Translations under genes and position numbers: made by a program
Shown here: positions 50,606 to 60,401 of the stretch, piece by piece
Layout: each line of letters begins with the position of its first letter
How positions within the stretch are numbered: position 1 is the first letter of the stretch
Notes under the pieces: model-generated
Database searches by the model: none
Told to the model about the DNA's origin: nothing
What the model saw: only the letters and a program-made list of their open reading frames with translations
NCBI GenBank assembly: GCA_046292765.1
Contig: JBKBQA010000009.1
Coordinates: forward strand, 7,061-71,060
Direction: 5' to 3'
Origin: Alcanivoracaceae bacterium
Lineage (GTDB): Bacteria > Pseudomonadota > Gammaproteobacteria > Pseudomonadales > Alcanivoracaceae
Length of the DNA: 64,000 bases

Positions 50606-51964
50606 ATGTCATCGGCTAACAGCAACCACAGTCTTGCCACCCGTCTGGAGCAGGCCGGCGTCAAGTACGCCATGGCCAGCTATGTCGATATTCACGGCCG
50701 CATCAAGGGCAAGCTGGTGCCGCTCAATCACCTCGACAACATGCTCGCCGGATCCGAGCTCTACACCGGCGCGGCACTGGACGGCGTACCGCAGGACATC
50801 AGTGATAACGAAGTGGCCGCCATGCCGGACCCGGCCACTGCCACCCAGTGCCCGTGGAATTCGGAGCTGGCCTGGTTTGCCAGCGACCTGTATCTGGACG
50901 GTGCGCCATTCGAGGCCTGCTCACGGGTGATCCTCAAGCGTCAGACCGAAGCGGCAGCGAAGATGGGCTACCTGTTCAACCTTGGCATCGAAACCGAATT
51001 CTTCCTGTTCCGCGATCTTGGCAACGGCAAGTTCGGCCCGATTAGTGACCGCGACAATCTCGGCAAGCCCTGCTACGACCCGTGCGCGCTGATGGATAAC
51101 CTGCCGATCATCGACGAGCTGGTGACCGCGATGAACAGCCTCGGCTGGGATGTCTACTCCTTCGACCACGAAGATGCCATCGGTCAGTTCGAAACCGACT
51201 TCACCTATACCGATGCCCTGAACATGGCCGATCGGTTTGTGTTCTTCCGCATGATGGCTAACGAAATTGCTCGTAAACACGGCGCTTTCGCCAGCTTTAT
51301 GCCCAAGCCCTACGTTGATCGTACCGGCAGTGGCGCTCACTACAATATGTCACTGGCAGACATCGGAACCGGCAAAAATCTGTTTGTCGCCAATGGCGAT
51401 GACAACCATGAGGTTGGCGTCTCCGCCCTCGCCTACCACTTCATTGCTGGCGTACTGAAACATGCCCGCGCCATCTGTGCAGTGATCGCCCCCACCGTCA
51501 ACAGCTACAAGCGGCTGGTGCGGCAAGGCTCCATGTCCGGCTCCACCTGGGCGCCGGTGTTCTGCTGCTATGGCAGCAACAATCGCACCAACATGATCCG
51601 CATCCCCAGTGCCGGCGGACGGGTCGAGTGCCGCGCCGCGGACATCAGCTGCAATCCCTATCTTGGTGCAGCCATGATTCTGGCTGCCGGCCTGGAGGGC
51701 ATTCGTGAGCAGCTAGACCCAGGCAAACCACACCGCGAGAATATGTACAACTACAGCGATGCCGAAATCGCCGCCCAGAATATCCAGTTCCTGCCGCAGA
51801 GTCTGGAAGAGGCCATTGATGCCTTTGAAGCCGACCCGCTGTCGCGGGAAGTGTTCGGTGAGCGCATGTTTACGAGCTTTATCGAGTTCAAGCGGGCCGA
51901 GTGGCGCAGCTACCACAACACCGTCTCGGCCTGGGAAATCGACCGCTACCTGAAAATGTTCTGA
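50606..51964 (+). CDS. Type III glutamine synthetase-like (GlnT / gamma-glutamyl-amine ligase family) protein
   Basis: Start at MSSANSN. GS catalytic motifs NLGIETEFFLF, GSGAHYNMSL and NRTNMIRIP. Confidence 0.85.
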   Translation: MSSANSNHSLATRLEQAGVKYAMASYVDIHGRIKGKLVPLNHLDNMLAGSELYTGAALDGVPQDISDNEVAAMPDPATATQCPWNSELAWFASDLYLDGAPFEACSRVILKRQTEAAAKMGYLFNLGIETEFFLFRDLGNGKFGPISDRDNLGKPCYDPCALMDNLPIIDELVTAMNSLGWDVYSFDHEDAIGQFETDFTYTDALNMADRFVFFRMMANEIARKHGAFASFMPKPYVDRTGSGAHYNMSLADIGTGKNLFVANGDDNHEVGVSALAYHFIAGVLKHARAICAVIAPTVNSYKRLVRQGSMSGSTWAPVFCCYGSNNRTNMIRIPSAGGRVECRAADISCNPYLGAAMILAAGLEGIREQLDPGKPHRENMYNYSDAEIAAQNIQFLPQSLEEAIDAFEADPLSREVFGERMFTSFIEFKRAEWRSYHNTVSAWEIDRYLKMF

Positions 51965-52017
51965 ATACTGGCGCGTAACTTGCTAGCAAAACACTGTCAT
52001 CACGTTGGAGGCTCACC

Positions 52018-53091
52018 ATGAAACATACCATCCTGACCCGTATTACCGGCGCCCTGATGGCCGGCCTGCTGCTAATCGCAGCGCCGGCGGCGCTGGCCGC
52101 GGAGAAGAGCAAGTTCAAGATCGCCTGGACCATCTACGCCGGCTGGATGCCGTGGGAGTATGCCGACAAGTACGGCATCATGAAAAAGTGGGCCGACAAG
52201 TACGGCATTGAGGTCGAGATTGTCCAGATCAACGACTATATCGAGTCCATCAACCAGTTCACCGCCGGCCAGTTCGACGGTGTGGTCAGCACCAGCATGG
52301 ATGCGCTGTCGATCCCGGCAGCCAGTGGCGTTGATACCACTGCCCTGATTGTGGGTGACTACTCCAATGGCAACGATGGCATCGTTTCCAAGAAAGCCAA
52401 ATCGATCAAGGACCTGAAAGGCTCACGGATCAATCTGGTCGAACTGTCCGTATCCCACTACCTGGTGGCTCGTGCGCTGGAGAGCGTTGGACTGCGCGAG
52501 CGCGATGTCACTCTGGTTAACACCTCGGATGCGGACATCGTCGCCGCCTTCCAGACCCGCAGCGTCAATACCGTCGTGACCTGGAACCCGCTGCTGGATG
52601 AAGTGGCAGCCCTGCCGGGCAGCACACGGCTGTATGACTCCAGCCAGATTCCCGGCCACATCAAGGATCTGACCGTGGTCAACACCAATACCCTGAAGGC
52701 CAACCCGAAGCTGGGCAAGGCACTGGTGGGCGCCTGGTTTGAGATGATGGCCATCATGGAAAGCGATAGCGACGAAGGCAAAAAAATGCGCGCCTTCCTC
52801 GGCGAAGCGGCCGGTACCGATCAGGCCGGTTACGAATCTCAGCTTGAGGGCATGAAAATGTTCTGGAAACCTGCTGATGCCGTGGCCTTTACCAAGAGTG
52901 AGCAGGCCTTCAGCGCCATGGATTCGGTTCGCCAGTTCTCCTTCCTGCACGGGCTGCTCGGCGAAGGCGCCCAAAATGCTGATTTCGTCGGCATTGCCTT
53001 CCCCGATGGCAAGGTGCTTGGTGACAAGAGCAACATCAAGTTCCGCTTCGATACCAGCTATATGGAAATGGCTGCAGCAGGTAAGCTCTGA
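52018..53091 (+). CDS. Periplasmic substrate-binding protein of the urea-carboxylase-region ABC transporter family
   Basis: Signal peptide ending ALAAE. FKIAWTIYAGWMPWEYA... resembles the NMT1/SsuA-like SBPs that normally lead urea/guanidine carboxylase operons. Confidence 0.8.
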   Translation: MKHTILTRITGALMAGLLLIAAPAALAAEKSKFKIAWTIYAGWMPWEYADKYGIMKKWADKYGIEVEIVQINDYIESINQFTAGQFDGVVSTSMDALSIPAASGVDTTALIVGDYSNGNDGIVSKKAKSIKDLKGSRINLVELSVSHYLVARALESVGLRERDVTLVNTSDADIVAAFQTRSVNTVVTWNPLLDEVAALPGSTRLYDSSQIPGHIKDLTVVNTNTLKANPKLGKALVGAWFEMMAIMESDSDEGKKMRAFLGEAAGTDQAGYESQLEGMKMFWKPADAVAFTKSEQAFSAMDSVRQFSFLHGLLGEGAQNADFVGIAFPDGKVLGDKSNIKFRFDTSYMEMAAAGKL

Positions 53092-53115
53092 GTCCACTCT
53101 CCCTCAGCCAACGGA

Positions 53116-53139
53116 ACGGGGGCGCAAGCCCCCGTTTTT
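53116..53139 (+). terminator. Rho-independent terminator after the SBP gene
   Basis: ACGGGGGC GCAA GCCCCCGT followed by TTTTT. It ends 5 nt before the TetR start codon. Confidence 0.75.
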
Positions 53140-53143
53140 CATC

Positions 53144-53743
53144 ATGCGCCGAACCAAAGAAGAAGCCGAACAGACCCGACAGAAAGTCATTGAGGCCGCG
53201 CTCAAGCTGTTCAGCCGCAATGGCTATTCGCAGACCACGCTGGCGATGATCGCCGAGGACGCCGGCTACAGCCGCGGGCCAATCTATTGGCACTTTCGCA
53301 ACAAGGATGAGCTGTACGAAGCAGTATTGAGCTACTCACAGTCACCGCTCCAGACGCTGGTCGAACAAGCTGATCAGAGCGCAGATCCGCTGAATGCGCT
53401 TGAGGCCTTCATCGATGAGTGGTTTCGCCTGCTGATCGAGGACCGCTGGTACCGGCAGTCATTTGAGATCCTGCTCAACAAAACCGAAATGACTGACGCC
53501 CTGTCACGCACCATCAAACGCGAACGGCAACTGACTCGCAACATCATCTCGGTGCTGGGCCGCCGGGCCCATGAGCTGAACCCGCGACTGGAGCCACAAT
53601 CCCATGGCCTGCTCTGCTATACCTTCCTGATGGGCATCACCCAGAGCTGGCTGTTCTCGCCCCGGCTGTTCTCATTGGCCGACCTGCGCGGACAGTTTCG
53701 CCAGCGGCTGCTGCTGATGCTGGAGCTGCCTGCGCGGCCCTGA
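53144..53743 (+). CDS. TetR-family transcriptional regulator
   Basis: MRRTKEEAEQTRQKVIEAALKLFSRNGYSQTTLAMIAEDAGYSRGPIYWHFRNKDEL is a TetR HTH. Confidence 0.9.
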   Translation: MRRTKEEAEQTRQKVIEAALKLFSRNGYSQTTLAMIAEDAGYSRGPIYWHFRNKDELYEAVLSYSQSPLQTLVEQADQSADPLNALEAFIDEWFRLLIEDRWYRQSFEILLNKTEMTDALSRTIKRERQLTRNIISVLGRRAHELNPRLEPQSHGLLCYTFLMGITQSWLFSPRLFSLADLRGQFRQRLLLMLELPARP

Positions 53744-53750
53744 CCCGGCT

Positions 53751-54761
53751 TCAGCGCGAAAAATCAAAACACAATTTCCCGATATGCCCGGCACCCTGCA
53801 GCGTCTTCAGCGCCAACGGCAAATCATGAAAGCCAAACACCTCGCCAATCACCGGTTGCAGACGATGCAGGGCAATGGCCCGATTCATTTCAGCAAATTG
53901 CTCACGGTTGCCGACAGTGATCCCGCGAACAGTGACATTCATGGCCATGATCCGGGCCGTACTGATCTGGCTGGCCAGCCCGGTCAGCACACCGATCATG
54001 GAAATATGGCCGCCAATACGCACCGCCTCCAGCGACTCGGCAAGGGTGCCGGCGCCACCGACTTCAACGACCAGATCAACACCCTCACCGCTGATCTCGC
54101 GCACCATCCGCCCCCAGCGCGGCTCGTTACGGTAATTGATCAGATGGTCTGCCCCCAGCTCCCGGGCTCTCCCCAGCTTGACATCGGAGGATGAGATGAC
54201 GAAGGTTTCCGCCCCCAGCAAGCGGGCGAACTGCAGGGCGAACAGGCTGACCCCGCCGGTGCCCTGAATCAGCACCCGGTGGCCCGCCTTCACCTGCCCT
54301 TCGGTCACAACTGCCCGCCACGCTGTCAGGGCGGCGCAGGGCAAGGTCGCGGCTTCAATGTGGCTGAGATTGGCCGGTGCGGGAATCATTGCACTCGCCG
54401 GCACCAGCAGATAATCCTGCAGGGCGCCGGCAATGGTTTCGCCGGTGACCCGCCGCAGCACTGGCAGGGATGGGCGCCCCGCCTGCCAGTCGGGGAAGAA
54501 CAGCGTCGTTACCCGGTCGCCCACTGCCAGCGACGCCACTCCCTCGCCGAGCGCCACCACCTCGCCGGCACCATCGGATAGCGGCACCTGTGGTAACGGC
54601 ATCTTCGGGTTGGCGAAGCCCAGCGCGGTGGCCAAATCATGGTAGTTGAGCGACGCCGCCTGCATGCGCACTGCAACTTCACCCGGCCCGGGCGCGCTCT
54701 CGGCCACCTCGCGGACACTGATACCGTCGAGCCCGAACCGGGTAAGTTCTGCCTTGCGCAT
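53751..54761 (-). CDS. Medium-chain (zinc-type/quinone) NAD(P)-dependent oxidoreductase
   Basis: 336 aa. GroES-like N-terminus and a Rossmann motif LIQGTGGVSLFALQ. Confidence 0.85.
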   Translation of the reverse strand: MRKAELTRFGLDGISVREVAESAPGPGEVAVRMQAASLNYHDLATALGFANPKMPLPQVPLSDGAGEVVALGEGVASLAVGDRVTTLFFPDWQAGRPSLPVLRRVTGETIAGALQDYLLVPASAMIPAPANLSHIEAATLPCAALTAWRAVVTEGQVKAGHRVLIQGTGGVSLFALQFARLLGAETFVISSSDVKLGRARELGADHLINYRNEPRWGRMVREISGEGVDLVVEVGGAGTLAESLEAVRIGGHISMIGVLTGLASQISTARIMAMNVTVRGITVGNREQFAEMNRAIALHRLQPVIGEVFGFHDLPLALKTLQGAGHIGKLCFDFSR

Positions 54762-54975
54762 GATTGCTGTCTCCTGATGAACGGGCCCGCCATAATGCGA
54801 CAGCCGCGCCAGTGGACAAGGACAGGGATGACCAGCGGCATCGACATTTCAGTCAGGTAACATCTTGAAACAGGTTTCACGCCCCACCCTGTCCGACCCC
54901 GGCATGTCTCTTTCTGTTTAAGTTCGCCGCCGTTGTTTACACTTTCACCCTGATTTCACTGAATAACGAGAACTC

Positions 54976-57453
54976 ATGAGCCCTTGGCTTGGTCTGGACA
55001 AACTGGTTTTCGCCATCGCCCGTCTGATCCTCAATCTTTACACCCGCGCCACCGAACAACTCGACGACCTTAGCGACCTCGGTATTCATGCCAACAGTCC
55101 GGTGGTCTACGTGCTGCGGGACGCGGCCATGAGCGACATGCTGGTGGTGGAGCGGGAGACCCAGCGAATGAAGCTGCCGTCACCACTGGCTGCAGTAGAC
55201 TTCGGCAACCAGCACCTGCGCCGACGCAGCTTCGCCATCTACCGCCGGCCTGTCTTCGGTCGGGAGCGGGTCAGCGCCAGCCCGCAACGTCTTGAAAATC
55301 TGGTTGCCGCGCTACGCACGGACCCGACTCTGGATGTCCAACTGGTGCCGGTGTCTGTTTTCTGGGGACGGCGGCCGGAAAAGGAAAATTCCCTCTGGAA
55401 AATCGTTTTTTCCGACAACTGGTCCTCCCCCGGCTTTCTGAAAAAAATGATTATTGTGTTGACGCAGGGTCGCCAGCTGCTGATCCAGTTCAGCCAGCCG
55501 ATGTCGCTGCGCCAGCTGGTGGATGAAAGCGACGACAACCAGCGTGTCTCTCGCAAAGCCCAACGCATCCTCCGGGTTCACTTCCGTCGCCAGCAGGAAG
55601 CGATTATCGGCCCTGACCTTTCGCACCGCCGCACGCTGGTCAACAGTCTGGTAGACAGCGCCCAGGTGCGTGCAGCCGTTGAAAGCACCGCCCGGGAAGA
55701 AAATACCAGCGAGGACAAGATCCGTGCCCGGGCGCGCAACTACGCCCGCGAAATTGCCGCCGACTACTCCTATACGGTGATCCGTTTTCTCGAGGTGTTG
55801 CTGAACTGGGTCTGGAACCGCCTGTATGCCGGCATTCGTCTCTACAATATCGACAAGCTGCGGCAGGTGGCCCGGGACCACGAGGTGGTTTACGTGCCAT
55901 GCCATCGCAGTCATATCGACTATCTGCTGCTGTCGTTCGTGGTCTATCGCAATAATCTGGTGCCGCCACATATCGCCGCCGGCATCAACCTGAACATGCC
56001 GGTAGTAGGCAGCGTCCTGCGCCGGGGAGGTGCCTTTTTCATGCGCCGCAGCTTCAAGGGCAACCCCCTGTATGCGGCAGTCTTCAACGAGTACTTGCAC
56101 ACCATCATCACCAAGGGCTTCTCCATCGAGTACTTTGTTGAAGGCGGCCGCAGTCGCTCCGGGCGTATGCTGCAGCCCAAAACCGGGATGCTGGCAATGA
56201 CCATGCGCTCGTTCCTGCGCGATGCCAACAAACCGGTGGCCTTTGTGCCGGTCTATATCGGTTACGAGAAAGTGATCGAGGCGCGTTCCTACATCGGCGA
56301 GATGCACGGCGCCCAGAAAAAGAAGGAGTCCCTGTTCGGCCTGATTACCTCATCGGTATCCCTGCTGCGCAGCCATTTCGGTGAAGTGCATGTCAACTTC
56401 GGCGAGCCGCTGGCGCTGTCTGACTTCCTCGACCAGCAGCATCCTGGCTGGCGTCAGGACGGCGATATCGGTGATAGCTCGCCCGAGTGGTTCAAGCAAT
56501 CCGTGAGCCGACTCGGTGACGAGGTGGTGACCCGCATCAACAGTGCCGCCGTCGCCAACCCGGTCAACCTGCTGAGTCTCGCGGTGCTTGCCACCCCCAA
56601 ACACACCATGGATGAAGAGCAGTTACGCCGCCAGCTGGCGCTGTATCTCACCCTGCTGCAGGATGCCCGCTTTGCGCCAGATACTGCCATCGCCGAGCAT
56701 GAGCCGGAGGCCATCATCCGCTACGGCATTGAGCATGAGTTTATTCGTCGTATCGAACATCCGCTCGGCTCGCTGGTGGCCACTGACCCGATCACGGCGC
56801 TGCAGATGACCTACATCCGCAACAACAGTCTGCATCTGTTTATTCTGCCCGGGCTTATCAGTGTGCTGTTCGACAGTGCCAGACGTATCGAGCTCGCCCA
56901 GCTCTATCGACTGGTGAACCTGCTTTACCCGTTTTTCCGCACGGAGTATTTCCTGCCATGGCAGGCCGGCGAGCAACTGGACGCCATGACCGACAGCACC
57001 ATTGCCGTGCTGGTGGAACAGGGTCTGGTGAGTCGCGACGGCGATTGGCTGAGTGGCGCACCGCTGCACTCAATAGAAGCAGACCTGCTGGATCATCTTG
57101 GCCAGACGGTCCTGCAGGCGCTGGAGCGCTTTTCCCTCACCATTCGAGTGCTGGTACAGCATGGCAGTGGGATTCTCGACAACGAACGGCTGGAAGAGCT
57201 GGCCCATCAAACCGCACAGCGGCTATCACTGCTGCACGAATTCAATTCACCGGAGTTTTTCGACCGTAACGTGTTGCGCAACTTTATCACCCAGCTGCGC
57301 CATCACGGTCTGGTATCTGCCGAGGAAGACGGCAAGCTGGTGTTCGATGATCGCCTGCAGGCGCTGGACGAGGAAGCCAGCCGTATCCTCAGCGTGGAAA
57401 TCAATCAGGCGATCCTGCGCATCACCCGTCTGCCGGTAGCCGCAGCCGCCTGA
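54976..57453 (+). CDS. plsB: Glycerol-3-phosphate 1-O-acyltransferase
   Basis: 825 aa with the acyltransferase motifs PCHRSHIDYLLLS, FFMRRSF and YFVEGGRSRSG. Confidence 0.97.
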   Translation: MSPWLGLDKLVFAIARLILNLYTRATEQLDDLSDLGIHANSPVVYVLRDAAMSDMLVVERETQRMKLPSPLAAVDFGNQHLRRRSFAIYRRPVFGRERVSASPQRLENLVAALRTDPTLDVQLVPVSVFWGRRPEKENSLWKIVFSDNWSSPGFLKKMIIVLTQGRQLLIQFSQPMSLRQLVDESDDNQRVSRKAQRILRVHFRRQQEAIIGPDLSHRRTLVNSLVDSAQVRAAVESTAREENTSEDKIRARARNYAREIAADYSYTVIRFLEVLLNWVWNRLYAGIRLYNIDKLRQVARDHEVVYVPCHRSHIDYLLLSFVVYRNNLVPPHIAAGINLNMPVVGSVLRRGGAFFMRRSFKGNPLYAAVFNEYLHTIITKGFSIEYFVEGGRSRSGRMLQPKTGMLAMTMRSFLRDANKPVAFVPVYIGYEKVIEARSYIGEMHGAQKKKESLFGLITSSVSLLRSHFGEVHVNFGEPLALSDFLDQQHPGWRQDGDIGDSSPEWFKQSVSRLGDEVVTRINSAAVANPVNLLSLAVLATPKHTMDEEQLRRQLALYLTLLQDARFAPDTAIAEHEPEAIIRYGIEHEFIRRIEHPLGSLVATDPITALQMTYIRNNSLHLFILPGLISVLFDSARRIELAQLYRLVNLLYPFFRTEYFLPWQAGEQLDAMTDSTIAVLVEQGLVSRDGDWLSGAPLHSIEADLLDHLGQTVLQALERFSLTIRVLVQHGSGILDNERLEELAHQTAQRLSLLHEFNSPEFFDRNVLRNFITQLRHHGLVSAEEDGKLVFDDRLQALDEEASRILSVEINQAILRITRLPVAAAA

Positions 57454-57469
57454 ACCCGCCAGTTAGCTG

Positions 57470-57745
57470 TGGCGGGGCGATCTTGCGCACAGGCCGGCCA
57501 ACGGGGCGGCCCTGCATTTTCCCGTTTTGCGGATTCTGGAAAGTATCGCGAACGTGAGGACTGAGAGGTGGGTAGCGCCTCCCGGGACTGTGTGAGGCAT
57601 GGATGCCGAACGCAAGCCTCCAGGGATGGATTCACGGCGTGTCCCGGGAGGCGCTGCCCACCTCTCAGGCCGGGGGTTCACTGCCGTGCTATTTCGGACC
57701 GTCGCCCTGCGGTGGGCGGGCTTCGCTGCGAGATCGCCGCTCCCT
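57470..57745. repeat. Large imperfect palindromic (highly structured) intergenic element
   Basis: Core arms CTGAGAGGTGGGTAGCGCCTCCCGGGAC (57561-57588) and GTCCCGGGAGGCGCTGCCCACCTCTCAG (57641-57668), 27/28 complementary, with a 52-nt loop. Weaker outer complementarity: GGCGATCTTGCGCA at 57476-57489 versus TGCGAGATCGCC at 57727-57738. Confidence 0.6.
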
Positions 57746-57766
57746 CTGGCAGATTGTGACGGGGAA

Positions 57767-58486
57767 TCAATGCTTCACGGGATAGATATCGAAACGCACC
57801 GTTTTGCCCGCGAGCGATGAGGCCGGCTTACGGCCGGCGAGATCAGGTGCCCGCAGTGGACGTTTAACCACCACACGCCGGCGAGCGGTACCGAGCGCCG
57901 CATTCAGCAGTGCCTGCTCGCCGGCAGCGGAATCCATCCCACACAACCACTGCAACCAGAGCAACTCCTTCCTGATCGCGGCAGATTTTTCCCGCTCCGG
58001 GAACATCGGATCAAGATACACCACCTCTGCGCTATCGGGATGAGCCAGCAACCAGGCAACACTGTCCACCGCCTCCAGCGACATTTGCCCGGCCATTTCC
58101 GGCGAGCGCGCCAGCCCGTCCGCCAGCAACGCCTGCAGTACTGGCTGACGCTCCAGCATGACAACCCGCCAACCTGCCTGTGCCAGCAGTGCAGAATCGC
58201 GCCCCAGCCCCGCAGTGGCGTCCACCACCACACCGTTATCCATGCATTTGCCCACAGCCCGCACCAGACGCTCATGACGGACGCGATCCACTGCAAGTCG
58301 ATAGCCGAGCGCACCATGGTCAAAATCAACGCTGAGCGGCGTCTCGTGCCCGCCTGGGCGCCATAGCGACAACTGCCCGGCGGCCCTGCCAAGAATCAGT
58401 TCGGCGCCACAAGCGCGGGCAGCGTCCTCATCCCCCACGCGCAGGGCGCCAACGTCAGGGGTATCAGGGAGGGCTACGAGTTTCAC
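57767..58486 (-). CDS. rsmJ: 16S rRNA (guanine1516-N2)-methyltransferase RsmJ
   Basis: 239 aa. VVDATAGLGRDSALLA SAM motif and VVYLDPMFP. Confidence 0.85.
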   Translation of the reverse strand: MKLVALPDTPDVGALRVGDEDAARACGAELILGRAAGQLSLWRPGGHETPLSVDFDHGALGYRLAVDRVRHERLVRAVGKCMDNGVVVDATAGLGRDSALLAQAGWRVVMLERQPVLQALLADGLARSPEMAGQMSLEAVDSVAWLLAHPDSAEVVYLDPMFPEREKSAAIRKELLWLQWLCGMDSAAGEQALLNAALGTARRRVVVKRPLRAPDLAGRKPASSLAGKTVRFDIYPVKH

Positions 58487-59280
58487 AGGAAGAACAACAC
58501 CAGCACCGTGCCAAGCGCAAGCCGGTACAGCACGAATGGCAACATGCCAACCCGGCTGACCAGTCGGACAAAGAAGGCGATGGTGAGGTAAGCGACGACC
58601 CCGGACACCACACAGGCCATCAGCAACTGGGTCAGGGTGTAAATCTGATCCGCTTCCGCCACGTCAGGCAGCATTAGCACCACCGCCCCGAGAATCACCG
58701 GAATCGAGAGCAGAAAGGAAAAATTGGCCGCGTCTTCACGACGTAGTCCGAGCAGCAGCGCAGCGGTGATGGTAATGCCGCTCCGCGAGGTACCGGGAAT
58801 CAGTGCCAGCGCCTGCGCCAGACCAATCAGCGTGGCAATACCGAAGCCCACCGCCACCAGTGGCAAGCGGTGGGTGCCGCGCGCATCCGCGAACCATAAC
58901 AGGCCGCCGAACAGGAGGGTGGCACTGGCAATCACCGCCACCGATCGAGTCTGATCAGCGATCATATCCTTGAACAGAAATCCGCACACCACCACTGGCA
59001 ACGTCGCCCACACCAACAGCAATCCGAGACGCAGGTCGTCGTTCAATTCGCGGCTATGCACGCCGCGCCAGGCGCCAGCAGTCATACTGGCAAGATGCCG
59101 ACGGTAGTACCACAACACAGCCAGCAAGGTGCCAACATGCACCGCCACGTCAAACGCCAGCCCCTGATCATCCCATCCCAGCAGCTGCGCGGGCAGGATC
59201 AGGTGGGCAGAGCTGGATACCGGCAAAAACTCGGTCAAGCCCTGAATCAGCGCCAGCAACAGCAGCTGCAGCCACTCCAT
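58483..59280 (-). CDS. uppP: Undecaprenyl-diphosphate phosphatase
   Basis: LIQGLTEFLPVSSSAHL, the PGTSRSGITI motif, and eight TM segments. Confidence 0.95.
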   Translation of the reverse strand: MEWLQLLLLALIQGLTEFLPVSSSAHLILPAQLLGWDDQGLAFDVAVHVGTLLAVLWYYRRHLASMTAGAWRGVHSRELNDDLRLGLLLVWATLPVVVCGFLFKDMIADQTRSVAVIASATLLFGGLLWFADARGTHRLPLVAVGFGIATLIGLAQALALIPGTSRSGITITAALLLGLRREDAANFSFLLSIPVILGAVVLMLPDVAEADQIYTLTQLLMACVVSGVVAYLTIAFFVRLVSRVGMLPFVLYRLALGTVLVLFFL

Positions 59281-59730
59281 TCAATCGTCTTCCCGGCCGG
59301 TAATGGCGTAACCATCAATAAACTCCGGCGGCATGCGACGGGGCTTGCCAGAATCAATCGCCACGCACACCCAGCGGGTACGTCCACGCAGCAGGGTGAC
59401 GCCATCGGCGGGACGGCGGATCTGATAACGCCGCACCATGCTGATACGTTCATCGTTCGCGACAATCCAGGTACCGATTTCCAGCGCGTCGTCCTCGAAA
59501 GCCGGTGACAGATACTCAAGTTCCGTATGCCGCGCGACCATGCCGCGATTGAGCGCCTGATAGGCTTCCCAACCCAGCCCCAGTGCCCGGGTATGATCCC
59601 AGGCAATCTGTTCCAGCCAGCGCAAGTATTCGACGTTATTGGCATGGCCCATGACATCAATGGCCGAGGCCGGCACCGTCATGGTGAGGATATGGGGGGT
59701 GGGCAGATCCCATTCGGACGGCTTGCTCAT
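59281..59730 (-). CDS. Hot-dog fold acyl-CoA thioesterase (4HBT/YbgC-like)
   Basis: 149 aa with IDVMGHANNVEYLRWLE. Confidence 0.8.
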   Translation of the reverse strand: MSKPSEWDLPTPHILTMTVPASAIDVMGHANNVEYLRWLEQIAWDHTRALGLGWEAYQALNRGMVARHTELEYLSPAFEDDALEIGTWIVANDERISMVRRYQIRRPADGVTLLRGRTRWVCVAIDSGKPRRMPPEFIDGYAITGREDD

Positions 59731-60401
59731 CGTATAGCTCCCTGAATCACCTGATCGCGCAAGTACACCGGACGCGCCTGCTCTGCAGGGACCGCCCGAC
59801 CAGCGCGATGTTCCTCAACCGCCAATGCCGCCACTGAGCTGGCGCGAGGCAACAGGTTGGCATCCCAGTCACCGAGTTCAGGCCAACCGGCGCGTAGCGC
59901 CTGCAGATGGACCACACCGCTGCCTGCACCACGCCACGCCCCCTGAGGCAGGGCGGGCAAGACAGACGGCGCCACCACGCAGTCCCGCAATAGTCCCTCG
60001 ACAACGCCATTAGCAACCCTGTAGCCACCCACATAGAGCTCTGCCATGCGAGCATCGAAGGCAATCAGCCAATCACCGTCACCATGAAGCAGGGCCGCGC
60101 CATGAGCACAGGCCGCCAGTGTCGAGACACCGATCAGCGGCAGATCTGCGGCAAAGCCAAGGCCCTGAGCCACCGACACGGCCACACGCACGCCGGTGAA
60201 CGCACCCGGCCCCCGCCCGAAGGCAATGGCATCCAGCTCCCGTAACCGCCGACCACTCTCGGCCAGCAGCTCCTCGACCATCGGCAGCACTCGCTCGGTC
60301 TGCCGACGCTGAGCAGCCTCGAAGCGCTCCAGCACGGCGCCGTTATCCCACAGTGCCACCGAACAGCTGTCGGTGGCAGTCTCAATCGCCAGCAGTTTCA
60401 A
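59727..60401 (-). CDS. tsaB: tRNA t6A37 biosynthesis protein TsaB
   Basis: MKLLAIETATDSCSVAL...GPGAFTGVRV. Confidence 0.9.
   Translation of the reverse strand: MKLLAIETATDSCSVALWDNGAVLERFEAAQRRQTERVLPMVEELLAESGRRLRELDAIAFGRGPGAFTGVRVAVSVAQGLGFAADLPLIGVSTLAACAHGAALLHGDGDWLIAFDARMAELYVGGYRVANGVVEGLLRDCVVAPSVLPALPQGAWRGAGSGVVHLQALRAGWPELGDWDANLLPRASSVAALAVEEHRAGRAVPAEQARPVYLRDQVIQGAIR

Noticed and set aside
50474-52017. A second guanidine riboswitch ahead of the GS-like or SBP genes
   Set aside because: I read both leaders on the relevant strand. None of the conserved ykkC blocks (CUAGGGUUCCG, GGUCCGAGAG, GGGAnAAAAGCCCGGGAGA) is present.
55312-56307. 331-aa minus-strand ORF inside plsB, and other antisense ORFs (28921..29808, 11414..12724, 21088..21810, 62483..63088)
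   Set aside because: Each lies opposite a gene with clear catalytic motifs. They are shadow frames expected at this GC content.
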